Positions 34,501 through 40,522 of a DNA stretch of 64,000 nt are shown piece after piece. This DNA is from a virus: positions 55,272 through 119,271 of the IMG/VR virus record IMGVR_UViG_3300031688_000003. One strand, given 5' to 3'. Made by a program: the position numbers and the translations under genes. Position 1 is the first letter of the stretch; each line of letters begins with the position of its first letter. The notes beneath the pieces were generated by a model. It made no database searches. It worked only from the letters and a program-made list of their open reading frames with translations, and was not told where the DNA came from.

Positions 34501-34896
34501 CAAGATCTTTATAATCAAGCTACTAATTCTGGAGCTTCTGTTAGTAATACTAACAAGTCTGTAAAGATAGATGGTACAAACATAAACAATGAACCTACAA
34601 TTATTGAACCTGAGTTTAATTACACTGTGGATAGTATGCCTAAAGAGATTTCTGATGCAGCTATAGCAAGTACTCAGTTACTAATGTCTCAGCTAAGTGT
34701 AGAACCAAGTAAGGAGTCTAGTAAGTCAGATGTAGAAATAGCAACTGTAAGAGATTGGTGGGCAGATATTAAAACAGATAAGTATGGAGCACAAAAATAT
34801 ACAAAGAGATCTGGTATTGATGGTATATTAAATGAATTTGATACCTTTGACGGCACAGCAGAAAGATTTATAGAAATAATAGAAAATTGTAAATAG
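19513..34896 (+). CDS. Giant virion-packaged DNA-dependent RNA polymerase (crAss-like, 5127 aa) with zincin metallopeptidase and GNAT-like domains
   Basis: Catalytic loop GADFDIDK (DFDID at 31522-31536) preceded by RIPSQDKHS; upstream KRAK..NASG, TDAQ, MRLQ and QMKQL blocks; HEAFH (25957-25971) with downstream EEYLAD; QGKGLGKYLY acetyl-CoA-binding-like motif near 29235. Confidence 0.9.
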   Translation: MAEIDETTQGNTNLPQDQNISNQMVQEESIPESNVPQVSDINFEDIADMIGSPTGNLASLQLRDPVFEGMLRQAAIPINSAPPMTGLHSSSNPLPGKATQHYNPYEDSTPPDMTTIEGKKKMMMQGMHQAMVNPRQQKAPGYRSDLEYGIRETNFDRYYAHNKYDELGFHPFRNNEQIYNANATLWDDHARAWKQTSRTYWTGFTSSYDAIGDWLSGDGYLSPDRDGAEAFVDAMRIGNSSKEGVGGAAIRFGLNSGYTFGIISNIMAEEIVLAGVTALSGTGAAPVAAARTAQNVGRLKTAWNAFGTAFKTGVGQSTRISAGAKLMKDMNKVENARHFFTAVGEGALNFVTPGTMQAIRTLNTSKGVVRGAQSIKNANAVFGGFYRDMRQINLAIAESKLESGIVYNQMIDGLYHDYVAQYGDTPPSEKIDEIRQKATAASSATMGFNAPLIYLSNKIVLGTLFQGMGGGLSRLASRYEGKGAARLFRNSTVKPAAAKATTDVAKKTMYDGGSTFIKRLKNLGVKGSAGSVGAFALRYTGANFAEGIQELSQEVIAKTAEDYYTGLFLDPASIQNMLLDASLKDAINAQISPQGFEVFMSGFLMGGLVQPVQQGLMVGLPSLYQMGKGHYGTKQDKAKYQQYKKTKEEFLSKSLENLNLIAEDPLKYFDPTKLNAVEQKQINERLLQSSYSSDMLSFMDDKDQSMFSQLDYLYKTGKSSEFKYLLEDYTKLSDAELLEGFPEYTKEIKSGKLRGKLEKAISKIDEFKKGWDMVKMSYPNPYDPSEFMEGSAEWNITALQSLAYDHSTKLLMYSQDTFKRALERSNSIFERLSGESVISKFNTNDISALLDLKSLKTEMELLKSEIELGATTSEQKELIETKTKRLELLQNYFDIITNPENFTKRSEDNIAISAKTDMEATEETGDDTMEIGGQRYKAARKVTSEVGTFDRRKINKLTPAFNAYINFLAEQKGEFIHGNDMTDVLKDIVDYKFLKGRSQTYFRAIENLNNPEAMGDTAQRIAERLKIIFDRNKEDVEVAVKKYVNDLEKNELINQFASQLIYPDADQVILFFQEGIIPTIFQSPSGQITAQDNTGKWEAIQNLIKAYQNRPGTETTVQPGDAVTEDEINNEDEFDRLANQAEQKVTEISESTNAVLVTKWKSYVQSRVGTSGKVLSWNDWQNTKEAKNIKAIRAELDVVYLSNLTLDQQQQKSFDKWLIENQRTPEVYRILDSKGGSISDYIITDSDTAQTDKLDAGDVLTESPTGINILKKLVSSQSGDDEFFYEVVDNNMNNLHQQYVNVDPSIMDTYATMGEALKAQDAIIKLLPSNSTFPFQGRDFHYKQILQDNNKELFTVITTPSLFNKGGKLYLRPLEFANDPKKSFEVTDVGNYSPLDATNFKASSKQDNLLKLRQSEPIRLYARRADNETAEDAEVRLTDRLKEIPQEQVRAFTLKVSRNAKWESFLNEEPTNRGKLGTEEFNNPRLRIGSEELTVAVMHGREILGYLQGPTGSIILDAYDNVINPLSLTEDQAEEYFQIYKTSSTQLRTAAEQLQIIKNNYASSILLNKKLRDLLGSDQEADIPIAKIKGLDLRISPGEMSFAAKGKGVTFSELHSSTVDGKNIWVVDNRSDGNGGIITNITDDEVYEKTDALVSAATDQSGYNPLNTKSRYVAAVRLNNGTFTFVELKAGELTSDEKSQLTLDILNEQDKTLAENIDKENDEVKDATVNFAFNEKLKNDFYVFGKTGEFIDIELTARGDVQVIYRNTKKAGKDGKALRVTYTVNENELKGVKESANPFKEFLTVINNKIKFKDSSIEVKSGLKLSSDNFRSSIPKEATIQDLASVVTNFNKGLRENIRIEAVIADSAQINNILNNVELPSFVKNSVKEQIENTDQVLLEAESEAPELTPEYMRRLFAEGYVNIDTNIIKAIARKLATNIELSAAERTIYANNKNTQVRDDINLLKLTYRSGVIEEGGSTDIDIEGNPVVVEKSPSRKIADQIKDLEEESGKLEDKIWEDTYYSIASDEQIKADPSVIKEGNIAANDAIENSEELKSIEAKIAELKKNLAPKVINERLGQEHIEQIDEFITWSQQNLPDFIQIQDIRDLSARLKENGKTAGMFTLELNTLGNNIEGNIYVGAQTPFKYHEAFHGVFRMLLSEEEIRKYISLAKTEKLAALRKEGKKLSQALNELRTSHSIYNKLSKTELEHRLYEEYLADAFDAFKMKPKGTKTSSEIKSLFTRIIEWIKAVFNRFSKNELTTLFENIDSAKYSISSVQSNRFTTATETGITSAAPKVIAIDSFENTYTDPFTGQEIVSLSNIYMPANDQRQLIATVSALYRSYVERGDLLTMSKRDVLNTAIADYTKLLNPRRTYYTSESNGISFRSIRKKLKTYYKALKTNRDVIAENVTNYLAIFDAKYQIEQDAFEEHIHNEDNNIRKVDQYGKDASQIGGAMSLSTELRTFIATTVLSEQDLFGNTETLEGIPIVTTVDFNFAYSGLLKALSDKTTDLELLRALALFSSSNKNTAAVANNIFNEIGIIDPISLLDAEQLPEISNPNFLQKVIKGFNMFRVDYMFAHKDDDTGIVFLYAANKKDDAHSQIDHWSQHFDEVYPTLLTDDGKKKAVSLLNLFYSKLQNPKERSRNALDIESKDIAKKIYEQIGIQLNAETIKYSILSTKVVRKNWEEAIVSLGLSAGADPIVSEDIAELRNSISRGENIFLDNQTNIPENEAEEQSTPEVVEQSTGISSRLKKMANTNANFDETVGATVFRDPKGNLIYAHQMPTFHLVKIAEMSEANWASTKLEENKFFNRNYLLNNDKFLAHAKSGQLKVSRFIGSKEGRLTENEQGTLIENRGLNTNQKDGVSFGESTGAEFIADVLNSYVYNYNRNSQSVPLNPYDKNGKELFYITAPVDLKVLSDASTSDFVDLPIEKMIEQDESGDIKLTDHTLDALINNILQYEYDRVADELNAETTAKDVIEGFNTDIIKKGVQTGQRGKRFVRSRGFITSRKSKIKVLGGIKTPLMSEKTRADIAIGEQRIILRGGKALGKIGLDSGQESPISIDYKVEGETKFESFILKNKGLVSVDNINLDEYLTNLGEAKSTKPFAGKKKQNTAKLGDVTYYFQRGDDARFFNGTIQQYAYEFIPLGEANIEIGVEEVKTVSTQQTTEVKATAGTNYKIKKYDTGLESLLLSRGGKEIGHIDIDSSEKNIADEEVNAMYNANPERKTIVNIEINKAEQGKGLGKYLYKLAAKEYGTLRSDISISPEAFRVYESLVKEGYAKKITNIKQIEGNVGTFLIQDTAGQQTTESDVAYFESDTFVEETLINAAKEGLTFDQAVDRIGKDKLKGIIEERILTDFFDFRRLLTNTKATAKLSSELTEGLGMIVRPEKGKKGKAYHKVTNEGRKAMTLYNLKENDLDYNLAQIFMHGYVNARSFNDLLLGDHALLFENFTAETKRAKMQNASGPSAASAIVAPKLGINHTFMADNSISLFTYHDPKVQKRFSNGTIESTDAQMVGTVKSFRHLWFGVGKLSPAQSDLLDRIERGDVITAEDMWGDVKLGTEGYIKLNAIINSKKFVYGDGNVFAKMSFFMLSKGLTSYKNKFGEWVALPQMEELHNLRVKLEAAEKGTQKVSLAIPTSGSKMMKKNVITAKEMYGSKSILEIQEDYKDVNGSHRSITQGLNPKWMRLQVINPSNKLEGIDPRQMKQLATTEQTDNIEVVIGGVPISIKKIKEAYHKSVSDQVTLRYRNKRNLVFNLGTALDEIGKSVDINKVTVNLRSFLRYAISGLEASKSKTQMLEFFSFDEVGNPKFNLNNPITIDKFQELFLGYFSKGVLAGKQAEITAALVSSHGAKPMRKVLELDENGQPLRTQVIRMDEFKEMKTKPEIADKFIEIDNEPGKWVGLKVGDVILQKLQHNVYDPITKEYYSEFMMAAHHREVYKNLKPGDIIPIEIAEALGIRIPSQDKHSAMSLRLVDFLPVYYGSSAMFSDELIEISGADFDIDKLFMHIKEWYYAKGKFNEYGKSNTDKGRYAEYIRNVLSQVNKRGTAVSDAVTNWSTNDSAFLDEEETADLQDDLARQTASELKVNASLFKEAYSAKIISYVLEINDSITDEQVIKLYNKNEDLYGALQSLGLPVTLKEYKAYFEKNGEPYEAAINNDILDQRIALIGNEGIVKPKDGRQIGIGNEPADLEPLYEIRDYLKEEFPELADFANPEDIDPDNMLGLLETWNSIKTGEGGIGAAVRPNVVLNMLGENGIKVQSNIAAGRELNPQIRFNSTTFSEFATKYSIEGKGNDKAVRTQYLISSLITMMTDNAKERLADVLSINKNSLAVVTTLSSLGVPIKTSMLLLKNPIIKLGYDLAINKVSPMDPGISSILKKRLTFLNNDYEISTVPVTDAILTGAIMNDWVNPTLPLTSGFGTDMTGQTPEGYTDEEASLEYSVIKQFVNARRLTDYTGKLGSLVDLLAGFGRSTQDIDKAANDFKELGVGLSDSEFKKLKDKDGVAIPIDVRPIFEGNDFRATYYNIFKEFTEDLLPAVFITRTAEFVKMKEAVVANMISNNMLVDERRVNIIEKDVLSYLTMTSYKQFLLNSPDGAEKLGSLQNGLIYDDLGGENSVTIDNVITSVRNYFKAEGKENYFIEKFIYLDLASNDTNKAGINRAKANNWTQMSDSKVVDLQASFAEIYSEPALRTHAYDLMHYLLVKDGMQFKNNTFLSAIPGFMFDRVLNAISAGHTLLKSTTATDSSYNLVFGKSSEMLANDFVEGYLKSNQNGWLLPMVKSITTDEAQAAHINKEGNLIVNMFNGVKSFTEQKGTKVIKGKKYKFQREGKSIFVDQKSKQYKALAKNMGQLGGMGFKFENIKKGEKALELVLPLYVRNIYKDDFGTTYVKNFELQQTYREKRFSKSGDIMNMLDGEELVAKGYQAVYVPVELVGSNQVTPVSFALGEVPTYKSLRDKYKSDPMDGLINSLNLDQIEEDIKSFGNMDAAAMQDLYNQATNSGASVSNTNKSVKIDGTNINNEPTIIEPEFNYTVDSMPKEISDAAIASTQLLMSQLSVEPSKESSKSDVEIATVRDWWADIKTDKYGAQKYTKRSGIDGILNEFDTFDGTAERFIEIIENCK

Positions 34897-34898
34897 AT

Positions 34899-37800
34899 AT
34901 GGCAACTTGTTATAACAAAAATACTCCACAGTATAAAGCTTTAGAAAAGAAATTTAAAAGCTCATTAAAGATTGACGGTTACATTGATGCATATCAACGT
35001 ACTTCTAAATCAGATCAGATTCCTTCAGTAGCTAATGTTGAGACTATGCTAAAGAGAAGACAAACAATGTTATCTATAAAGAAAAGAGGATATAAGAAAT
35101 CTATATTATCAAATTTGAGCAGAATGAAATTAGTTAATAATCACTATGGTCAATACAAAGTTAATCATAGTAATCCAATTACAAGAACATATAGCCCTAC
35201 TATATTAAACAGAAACTATCAGACTATATTAAAAGTACTACAACATAATAGAATACCTATTGAAGCTGTAACTTTTAAGAACATATCTAACAATATAGTT
35301 TCTACTGAGCCAGGATACTTTGAATCATTTACAGTTGATATAAATGAAAACCTTCTTAAAAATTTAGATGAGTTAAAAGATACTATAGATACTAGTAAGA
35401 CTAATGTAATTAGCATAATCAATCAATTGAAATCTACATTCCCTAATGTACAAGTAGATATTGTTTCAAATAAAGAAGCAGAAGAATACTATAATCTATT
35501 ACCTGCTTCTAAGAGAGCTAAAGTACCTTTCAATTTAATTAACGCATATTACCAAGGTGGTGTAGTTAAGTTAATTGAAAACAAAGTAACTTCAGAGATT
35601 GCAGTAGAAGAAATGTTACATCCTTTTATATCTGCTATAAAGCAGGATAACAATAAGTTATATAAGAGTCTGTTAACTGAAGCAAAGAAGATGTTCCCTT
35701 TACTTAATCAAGAGATTGCTGACTCATATATTGTATCAAGAGGGTTTAGTCAAACAGATAGGGACTTAGAATTAGTAACCCAATCATTAGCATTACACTT
35801 TAAAAAAGAATATCAAGAAGCTCCTACAGAAAATTGGAAATCAAACATAGTAGATTTATTAAAATGGTTTTTAGATTTAGTTGGTAAGGTGTCTGACTAT
35901 ATTGTAGGTGATAAGTTAAGAATAACTGTAGATGTTTTAAAACCTACATCAAACCTAACAGATATTGCTAAGTTGCTAAACACAGATCAACTGCAGATAC
36001 TTTTAAATACAAAGGTTGATGAGCAAGTTAGATACTCATTGGATCCAGAATCTAAAAGAGTTGTAGATTACGTAAAGGGTAAGAGTAATGATGTTCAGAA
36101 AGCTATTATAGACAACTTCTTTAATATTGTTACAAATTTAGACTTTGAAGTAAATCAATTGACTACGGATAACGTTATACTGGAAAGAGATACACATACA
36201 TATGTAAACCTATCTGATTCAAGCATTACATATAAGTCATCAACTACAGCAATCAAAGGTCCACTTACTGATACAGAAGGTGCATATGAATTAAATAGAT
36301 TAATAGGTAATGATTTTGACACTATACTTGAAAGCATTACAATGAATATACCTCTTGAAGAAATGCCTAAGTTAGATGTATTAGCTGAGGATGTAGCCAA
36401 AAGAGCATATGAAGCTTTGCAAAATTATACATTTGGTATGGAAGCAGATGGTAGTGTATTAATACCACAGATAATAGTATCAGATAGAGAGAGTAAAATA
36501 GCAGGAATGATTGATCTATTACGTATTCATCCTGATGGAAGTCTTACAATTATAGATTTAAAGTCAAGTAAAAACTCAAGTGACTCTTTTGGTTATACTG
36601 ATATGGTCTATCCTGTTAGTGAAGGTAGTGTATTTTTTGATCCAAAAGATCCTGGTAAGAAAGTATTTACAACTAGCCAACAACATTCTATACAGACAAA
36701 TCTATATAGAAGAATGCTAGAAAACATGGGGTATACAGTAACCCCTGAGTCACAAACATTTCATGTACTAGTTGGTATAGAAGGTAAAGGTAAGAATCAA
36801 AAGTTCACAGGTGAGTTCAAACTAGATGGTACAAAGTTTCATCCAGCTACACAGAGTAAAACATATGTAGATCAGATAGTTCCTTATAGAGTTAATGAGT
36901 CTTCAGAAAAAGCTTTAGAAGGTGCTCTTGAGAGTGCAGGAATATTTTCACCAGCTGATATTATAAATGATCAACCACAAGAACAAGCTCCTCAAAGTGA
37001 CGCCCCTTCAAATGCTGCATATAGTTCAATGTTTGACGTTGTAAAAGAATTTAAGAAAAATGTTATAACAAGAAAATCTGCAATTGAAAAGTTAAAGAGT
37101 AGTACTTTATTTAATATGTCTCAAACAGAATACTTAGATGAACTACAACAAACTGTTTCTGCTATCAATGTATCAATGTTGAGAGGTACAGCAGATGTAG
37201 TGTTTACTGAGTTACTAAGAGATGGTATAAAAAAGATCAAGGATGTTACTGAATACTTAGGAACTAAAGAGAATTTTAAAAGTCCTGAGTATATCAAACA
37301 TGTACTATATTGGAAAAAGTTTGTTGAAACATACCGTGGATTAGTTGATATATCTAATGCTGATGGTTTAAACAAGACTCAATTACAATATAAAGAATTA
37401 TTACAGACAGGTCTTAATGCACTTGTAGGTGAAAAGCAAAATGATGCAGGAGATAAACTACCAGGTATACTTGATAGTGCTTTAGAAAATTATGTAGTTG
37501 CATGGTCTTTGGATAAAACTAATAGAGATGATATGACAGAGGATGATGTAAGAGCTATGTCTAAACATACTGAGGATATTGGCATGCTAGAACATTTAAC
37601 AGGAGATCTTGACACTTCTGCTGATATGTTATCAGCTCTTATGGCTAAAGAATTTAAGGCTACAAAACAAAAGATGCTTGATAAGGTTGAGGATATTAGT
37701 GATGATATAAGAAATTCTGCAAATAACTTAATGATGGAAACTTTAGGTAATAAAGTTGACTATAAGTTTATGCAAGTTTTTGATGAGGATGGGATATGGA

Positions 37801-40511
37801 CAGGGAGATATGTTAAGAAAATTGGTTATCAGTACTACAGTAAGTTAGATCAATTATCTAAAAATTTAAGTGATACTGACGGAACCCCGTTGAGATATAT
37901 AGAAAAAACAAACCTTGAAGATTATACAGCAAGTGATATAGAGCATAATCAGAAACTTGCTAAAGCAAAAGTAGAGTATTCAAAGTTTATGAATCCTGAA
38001 AAGACTAGTAAGCAAGGTTATTCAGACGGTGAATTTCATAAATTGACAGAGGAGTTTAAAACTGCTAGAAATAAAGTAATGGAGTATAGAAGATCTATAC
38101 AGCAGTGGGTTAGAAAAAATGGTATATCAGATTTAGAAGTAGAGAACTTTAAAGGTAAGTACTATGATACAATAGAGTACTACAAGAAAAGTAAAGATGC
38201 CTATGGTGATTTTACTGGTATGGTTAAGTTAGATACTATGACAGTAATCAAAAAAGACAATGTAGAGAAGAGAGAAATATCTGCATCAGGAGAAGAAATG
38301 AGAGATAGTAAGTATTTAAGTATTATGGATCCTCAGAATTCTTTACAGAGTGCAGAGAAACAATTTTACTTAATGTTTAGAAGAGTATATGAAGATGAGT
38401 TGTTACCTAAACTACCTAAAAATATTGGGTCAATGATGCTTGGTAGAAGTCCAGTTGTTAAGGATAGATTTCAAAAGGAGTTAGAAACTAAACCTGAATT
38501 TATCCAAGGTTTTTGGGCAAAGACTCAAACAGGATTCCAGAATTTCTTTAATACAACTACAAAACAAGAGATAGTTGCATTTGATGAATTTGGTAATTTT
38601 GTTGAAGATACATTGCCTATTTTTTATGTAGGTCAACCTAGAACAGAAGCTGAACTTGTAAAGATACAAGATGAAATAGCTAGCAAAGTAAAACTTAGAA
38701 GTACAGCAAAGACTGCTGAAGAATTACAAGAAATTGATTCTGCTCTAAGTCAACTGAGACTCAATAGAACAAGATTACAAGATCAACCTACTAGAAGTCA
38801 GATGAGTACAGACATGACTGATAATCTTTTAAGATTTGCGGGGATGGCACAAAATTATGAAAGTCTTGGAATAGTTGAAGATACTTTTAAAGCTATAATG
38901 ACTACTATGGCTAAAAGAAAATATGATCCAAAAGAGTATGGGGTATTTTCTAGAATAGGTAAGGGTGTTAATGCTAAATTAGAAAAGGTAGGTATAAGAG
39001 GTACAGGAAGTTCAAGGGGTGATGCCAAAATATTACAGAGAGCACGTAAGTATATGAGTATGACTTTCTATGATAATGAAAAGAGAAGTCTTGAATGGTA
39101 TGATAAACTGGCTGCCAAGATTGTATCTTTTTCATCATTAGGATATGTAGGTTTTAATGTCTTTGGTAATATTAATAACTTTGTGATGGGTAGAGTTAAT
39201 AATGGTATTGAGGCTGCAGGTGCATTATACTTTGATAGAGGTGCTTATGCTTTAGCTACATTAGAGTTTAATAAAAGAATGTCTACTGACATGTTTAATA
39301 AATGGGCTCATAATTATAATGGTGCATTTGGTAAAGGTAAATATAAGAAGTACATTCCTATTAGTAAATTTGAGGGAGCTGTTGATTGGTTTAGAATGTT
39401 AGATGATAAAACAGATATACGTGAAACTGTAAAGACTCCAGGTGTAGAAGGAAGAGCAATGAGAATAGTAGAGTCTGTAGGTTATTCTTTGAATGATGCT
39501 TTTGAATACAATGTACAAACTAAAACTGGTCTGGCCATTCTTTATACTCTTCAGGTAGACAATGGTAAAGCTGAAGGAGAGGGTGGTAGAGAGACTATGA
39601 GTTTGTATGATGCTATGCAATGGAATAATACCTCAGGTACTATGGACCTTAAAGATGGCTTTACTCATATCACACTTAAGAATGGTAAGAGAAAAGTTTT
39701 CAATGATGATGTTAGATATGAGATTAGAAATTATATACGTGAGGTAAATAAGCAAATCCATGGTAATTATGCTAGAGAAGATAGAATGGTTATACAAGCA
39801 CATACTATTGGACAACTTGCTGCACAATTTCATAAGTGGATTGCCCCAGCTATTAAGGCTAGGTTTAGAGCAGAGTACTTTGATGAAAACTTAGGATTTG
39901 TAGAAGGAAGATATAGGTCCATGTTGAATTTTTTAGCATACTCAACACGGAACCTAACTCAAATAGGAAAACTTCAAAGTAACTATAAAGCCTTTAATGG
40001 TAAAGATGGTTTAGTTAAATTAAAAAATGTACATAGAACACTTGGGGAACTAGCAATATTCATGACAGTAGTGTCATTAAATTCATTACTGAAAGATTGG
40101 GATGAAGATGATGATGACTCTAAAAAATCAGCTACTAGAAAAAGATTAGAGAATGCACTAATCTACCAAATGAATAGACTACAAAAAGAATTAGTACTTT
40201 ATTTACCTGTCTTTGGTGGAGCAGAACAAATGCAAATGCTTGATGGTCCAATATCTTCAACAAGATTAGTTGGAGAATTTAGTGGAGCATTTATGGAGAC
40301 ACTAGGTTGGATACCACATTTACCAGCTTATATGTCTAAAGAAGGACAAGAATTTGAAAACTGGAAAAAAGACTCTGGTCTATACTATACAAGAGGTACT
40401 AGAAAAGGAAAAGTAAAGCTTTCTAAAGAATGGGGTGATGTAATACCAGGTTGGTATACTATTAATAGATGGTTAGCATTTGATAATATTAAAAACTTTT
40501 ATGTCAAGTAG
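34899..40511 (+). CDS. Giant virion protein (1870 aa) with degenerate zincin-like and PD-(D/E)xK nuclease domains
   Basis: AGMIDLL...IIDLKSS followed by QTNLYRRML (about 36498-36720); EEMLH (35607-35621) where HExxH would be; follows the RNAP gene as in crAss-like phages. Confidence 0.75.
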   Translation: MATCYNKNTPQYKALEKKFKSSLKIDGYIDAYQRTSKSDQIPSVANVETMLKRRQTMLSIKKRGYKKSILSNLSRMKLVNNHYGQYKVNHSNPITRTYSPTILNRNYQTILKVLQHNRIPIEAVTFKNISNNIVSTEPGYFESFTVDINENLLKNLDELKDTIDTSKTNVISIINQLKSTFPNVQVDIVSNKEAEEYYNLLPASKRAKVPFNLINAYYQGGVVKLIENKVTSEIAVEEMLHPFISAIKQDNNKLYKSLLTEAKKMFPLLNQEIADSYIVSRGFSQTDRDLELVTQSLALHFKKEYQEAPTENWKSNIVDLLKWFLDLVGKVSDYIVGDKLRITVDVLKPTSNLTDIAKLLNTDQLQILLNTKVDEQVRYSLDPESKRVVDYVKGKSNDVQKAIIDNFFNIVTNLDFEVNQLTTDNVILERDTHTYVNLSDSSITYKSSTTAIKGPLTDTEGAYELNRLIGNDFDTILESITMNIPLEEMPKLDVLAEDVAKRAYEALQNYTFGMEADGSVLIPQIIVSDRESKIAGMIDLLRIHPDGSLTIIDLKSSKNSSDSFGYTDMVYPVSEGSVFFDPKDPGKKVFTTSQQHSIQTNLYRRMLENMGYTVTPESQTFHVLVGIEGKGKNQKFTGEFKLDGTKFHPATQSKTYVDQIVPYRVNESSEKALEGALESAGIFSPADIINDQPQEQAPQSDAPSNAAYSSMFDVVKEFKKNVITRKSAIEKLKSSTLFNMSQTEYLDELQQTVSAINVSMLRGTADVVFTELLRDGIKKIKDVTEYLGTKENFKSPEYIKHVLYWKKFVETYRGLVDISNADGLNKTQLQYKELLQTGLNALVGEKQNDAGDKLPGILDSALENYVVAWSLDKTNRDDMTEDDVRAMSKHTEDIGMLEHLTGDLDTSADMLSALMAKEFKATKQKMLDKVEDISDDIRNSANNLMMETLGNKVDYKFMQVFDEDGIWTGRYVKKIGYQYYSKLDQLSKNLSDTDGTPLRYIEKTNLEDYTASDIEHNQKLAKAKVEYSKFMNPEKTSKQGYSDGEFHKLTEEFKTARNKVMEYRRSIQQWVRKNGISDLEVENFKGKYYDTIEYYKKSKDAYGDFTGMVKLDTMTVIKKDNVEKREISASGEEMRDSKYLSIMDPQNSLQSAEKQFYLMFRRVYEDELLPKLPKNIGSMMLGRSPVVKDRFQKELETKPEFIQGFWAKTQTGFQNFFNTTTKQEIVAFDEFGNFVEDTLPIFYVGQPRTEAELVKIQDEIASKVKLRSTAKTAEELQEIDSALSQLRLNRTRLQDQPTRSQMSTDMTDNLLRFAGMAQNYESLGIVEDTFKAIMTTMAKRKYDPKEYGVFSRIGKGVNAKLEKVGIRGTGSSRGDAKILQRARKYMSMTFYDNEKRSLEWYDKLAAKIVSFSSLGYVGFNVFGNINNFVMGRVNNGIEAAGALYFDRGAYALATLEFNKRMSTDMFNKWAHNYNGAFGKGKYKKYIPISKFEGAVDWFRMLDDKTDIRETVKTPGVEGRAMRIVESVGYSLNDAFEYNVQTKTGLAILYTLQVDNGKAEGEGGRETMSLYDAMQWNNTSGTMDLKDGFTHITLKNGKRKVFNDDVRYEIRNYIREVNKQIHGNYAREDRMVIQAHTIGQLAAQFHKWIAPAIKARFRAEYFDENLGFVEGRYRSMLNFLAYSTRNLTQIGKLQSNYKAFNGKDGLVKLKNVHRTLGELAIFMTVVSLNSLLKDWDEDDDDSKKSATRKRLENALIYQMNRLQKELVLYLPVFGGAEQMQMLDGPISSTRLVGEFSGAFMETLGWIPHLPAYMSKEGQEFENWKKDSGLYYTRGTRKGKVKLSKEWGDVIPGWYTINRWLAFDNIKNFYVK

Positions 40512-40522
40512 AACAGAAGGTG

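Noticed and set aside
19513-34896. Inteins or introns in the RNAP, PolB or NrdJ genes
   Set aside because: No C/S...HN-C/S/T splice junctions or LAGLIDADG/HNH motifs were seen; PolB and NrdJ are of normal length and uninterrupted
15987-40511. Four consecutive giant genes end in TAG, suggesting amber reassignment or read-through fusion as in some crAss-like phages
   Set aside because: ORFs up to 15 kb are uninterrupted in the standard code, and reading through the TAGs at 19510 and 34896 does not enter the next gene's frame (2-nt offset) and soon reaches another stop
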